Part shown: positions 61,439-64,000 of the stretch, piece by piece
Position numbering within the stretch: position 1 is the first letter of the stretch
Layout of the letters: each line of letters opens with the position of its first letter
The notes under the pieces: generated by a model
Told to the model about the DNA's origin: nothing
Databases searched by the model: none
Seen by the model: the letters and a program-made list of their open reading frames with translations, nothing else
Assembly (NCBI RefSeq): GCF_006345805.1
Contig: NC_043000.1
Coordinates: 17,112,001 to 17,176,000, forward strand
Length of the DNA: 64,000 nucleotides
DNA from: Octopus sinensis
Taxonomy: Eukaryota
Reading direction: 5' to 3'
Program-made: the position numbers and the translations under genes

Positions 61439-61824
61439 GGAGGCGCAATGGCCCAGTGGTTAGGGCAGCGGACTCGCGGTCATAGGATCGCGGTTTCGAT
61501 TCCCAGACCGGGCGTTGTGAGTGTTTATTGAGCGAAAACACCTAAAGCTCCACGAGGCTCCGGCAGGGGGTGGTGGTGATCCTTGCTGTACTCTTTCACC
61601 ACAACTTTCTCTCACTCTTACTTCCTGTTTCTGTTGTACCTGTATTTCAAGGGGCCGGCCTTGTCACTTTCTGTGTCACGCTGAATATCCCCGAGAACTA
61701 CGTTAAGGGTGCACGTGTCTGTGGAGTGCTCAGCCACTTACACGTTAATTTCACGAGCAGGCTGTTCCGTTGATTCGGATCAACCGGAACCCTCATCGTC
61801 GTAACCGACGGAGTGCTTCCATCC
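61439..61824 (+). mobile_element. SINE B
   Basis: 10-bp TSD ATGCTTATTG at 61427-61436 and 61825-61834. Confidence 0.95.
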
Positions 61825-63233
61825 ATGCTTATTGCTAAACATTCGACAAAGTTATAAACTCCGGCGTCAGGGATGTCATTCGAAAAATTGGGAGAACAAG
61901 AGAGAAAACTGTAAATAGTTTATGGAAACTTATGAGGTTAGAAAATGTAGAAAAATTTATGACTGAAAAAATACTGTCCTTAAAAACCGATGCCATTATT
62001 ATTCCAGGCCAAAGTTTTGTGATTGATCCAATATTGTTAATGAATCATCAAAGGGAAAGGATGTGAGAATAGGTGGTGCATCGGACAAATGTCTTACAGT
62101 ATTAAATTATGTCTCTTTACATTCTGAGTTTAAATCAATCGAGAGCCATAATTGTTTTCATCTTTTCGGAGTCGAGTACTGTGGTCGATATAACGCCTGT
62201 AAGGGGTAAAGGCAAGATATAACAATCCACTGCCCCTCTTCATGCTTGAAACATTTTAGTGATGTCACTAACTCATTAACGCTGTCACGCTGACCTGACG
62301 TAGACTGGGCAGCCTATCAGTTTTAATACTATTTTTGCCAGCTGAGTGGGCTAGAACAGCATGTAGTAAAGTGTCTTGTCAAAGTGTTTCCCTGCAAGAG
62401 AGACTTTTCAACCATTTTGACCAACCGCTTACTTCATAATACAAAAATTAACCTTTTCAGTAACCAAGACAGAATCCACAGAGACGGCTTTGAGCTCACT
62501 ACACATCCTTCTATTAGAGTGGAAGCCATCACTCCACCTCTTCTCACCCCTCTTCACTTGTCTTAGTTTTGATACTGGAACCAAGAACCGTATTAGGCAA
62601 TTAAATACGGGGGTGGTAGTGACGACTAAAGGTTCGTAGCCAATTATAGACATGAAAAACGTTCATGAATTTTCACTTGCTGATGTCATAAAATCTTCAG
62701 TATAAATTCAGTCAAGGTTAGCTATTCTGGCAGAAAATTTTCGCAAATTCAATTAACCATTTCAGTTCAAAAAGCCTTTCCAATGTCAATAATCAGTGTC
62801 TTCTTTTACATGTATTGCATTGCTCTACACAATTTATATATATATAAAAAAAAAGAAATTGCTTTTGAAAGCCTCAATATATTACGCTAAGATTCAACTA
62901 AACAAAGCTATTACTTCGGACTATTTGAAAATCAATTTAAGGATCAGTTCTATCAACGCATTCATTCATTGAAAAGTTCGGATAACATATTTTCGAAAAG
63001 ACATCCAAACATATTTGGTTTTTCAAAGAAACAAATTCGATTACATTTTTGTATGTACAAGGCAGAATTCGCTCAACTTGTGGTGCAAACTGTTCTTACG
63101 TGAGCAGTTATTCATCTTACTTACAGAATGTGTAGTCATCCTGTCAGATACTGAATTCTGTTTTATCGCGTGAATTGCTGTGATCATCCAGTCGGAAGTT
63201 TTCTCCTTCCTTCTCCCTCACCATATTATGTAT

Positions 63234-63289
<56 letters not shown>

Positions 63290-63794
63290 ATTTTGATGGG
63301 ACTTCAAGTTTTTCGCGTTATCAGCTCACTCAACCATCTGGTTAGACAAGCCAATATGGCGAAACTTGAAGTTCCGGTCAACTGAAAATGATGAATACTG
63401 TAATTCCACTAAGTGGATAGGGACTCGCCATCAGTAAATGTACAGTTGTTTTCTATAAATTGATCAACAATACCAAATAATATATTCATATATATATACA
63501 CGTACGTAGAAGCCTACACACAAGCATGCAGGCACACGCGCGCGCACATACAGACACACGTCGATATATTCATATCTATTTATCAACCTGTCTATCTATC
63601 TATCTATCTATCATGTTTTTGCACTTTTTTTGAAAAATTATTGATGTAAAATCGTGTGACCCTGTTGACTAACAATAAAATGAAACCAAACAGAACCAAC
63701 GTGTGTACTTTTATTGACAAAATGACTCTCTCAAGGTGCAACTCACGCATGCGCGCTCAGTTTGTGCGCGCACAGTCTGTATGCGCGCGCGCAG

Positions 63795-63832
<38 letters not shown>

Positions 63833-64000
63833 TTGGCTGTGATTTTTAATTATAAAACGCAGAGCTTTGTCTACCGCTATTAAATTAAATCATGTTCAGA
63901 TAGATTTACGTGTACATGTGTGTATGTGTGTGCGTATGTGACTGTGTATATGTGTGAGTGTATGTGTGTATATGTATGTATATGTGTGTCTACGTTTCTT

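Overview
AT-rich, repeat-saturated metazoan intergenic or intronic DNA. It is most likely Octopus; this is inferred from my recognition of the tRNA-derived SINE families and has not been checked by a search. No host protein-coding gene, true tRNA, rRNA or CRISPR array is supported, and nearly all ORF-track entries are microsatellite or SINE read-through. The window contains: four abundant tRNA-headed SINE families (labelled A-D here), many with target-site duplications (TSDs); decayed LINE fragments of the Tx1/L1, R4/Dong-like, RTE and CR1 clades; four non-autonomous Helitrons; hAT and Tc1/mariner-type MITEs; a 175-177 bp satellite; a 1.5 kb tandem duplication; and many microsatellites. The most notable observations are: (1) several hammerhead-ribozyme (HHR) motifs of Penelope-like type, including one fully paired type-I HHR (5415-5468) and a tRNA-headed SINE-like element with an HHR core in its tail (31369-31802, 32888-33350); (2) SINE D shares a 42-nt 3' tail (35/42 identical) with the Tx1-clade LINE in the same window; (3) SINE D forms arrays with a constant junction inside its own head hairpin, suggesting self-targeted insertion; (4) one Tx1 copy sits inside a (GATA)n array.
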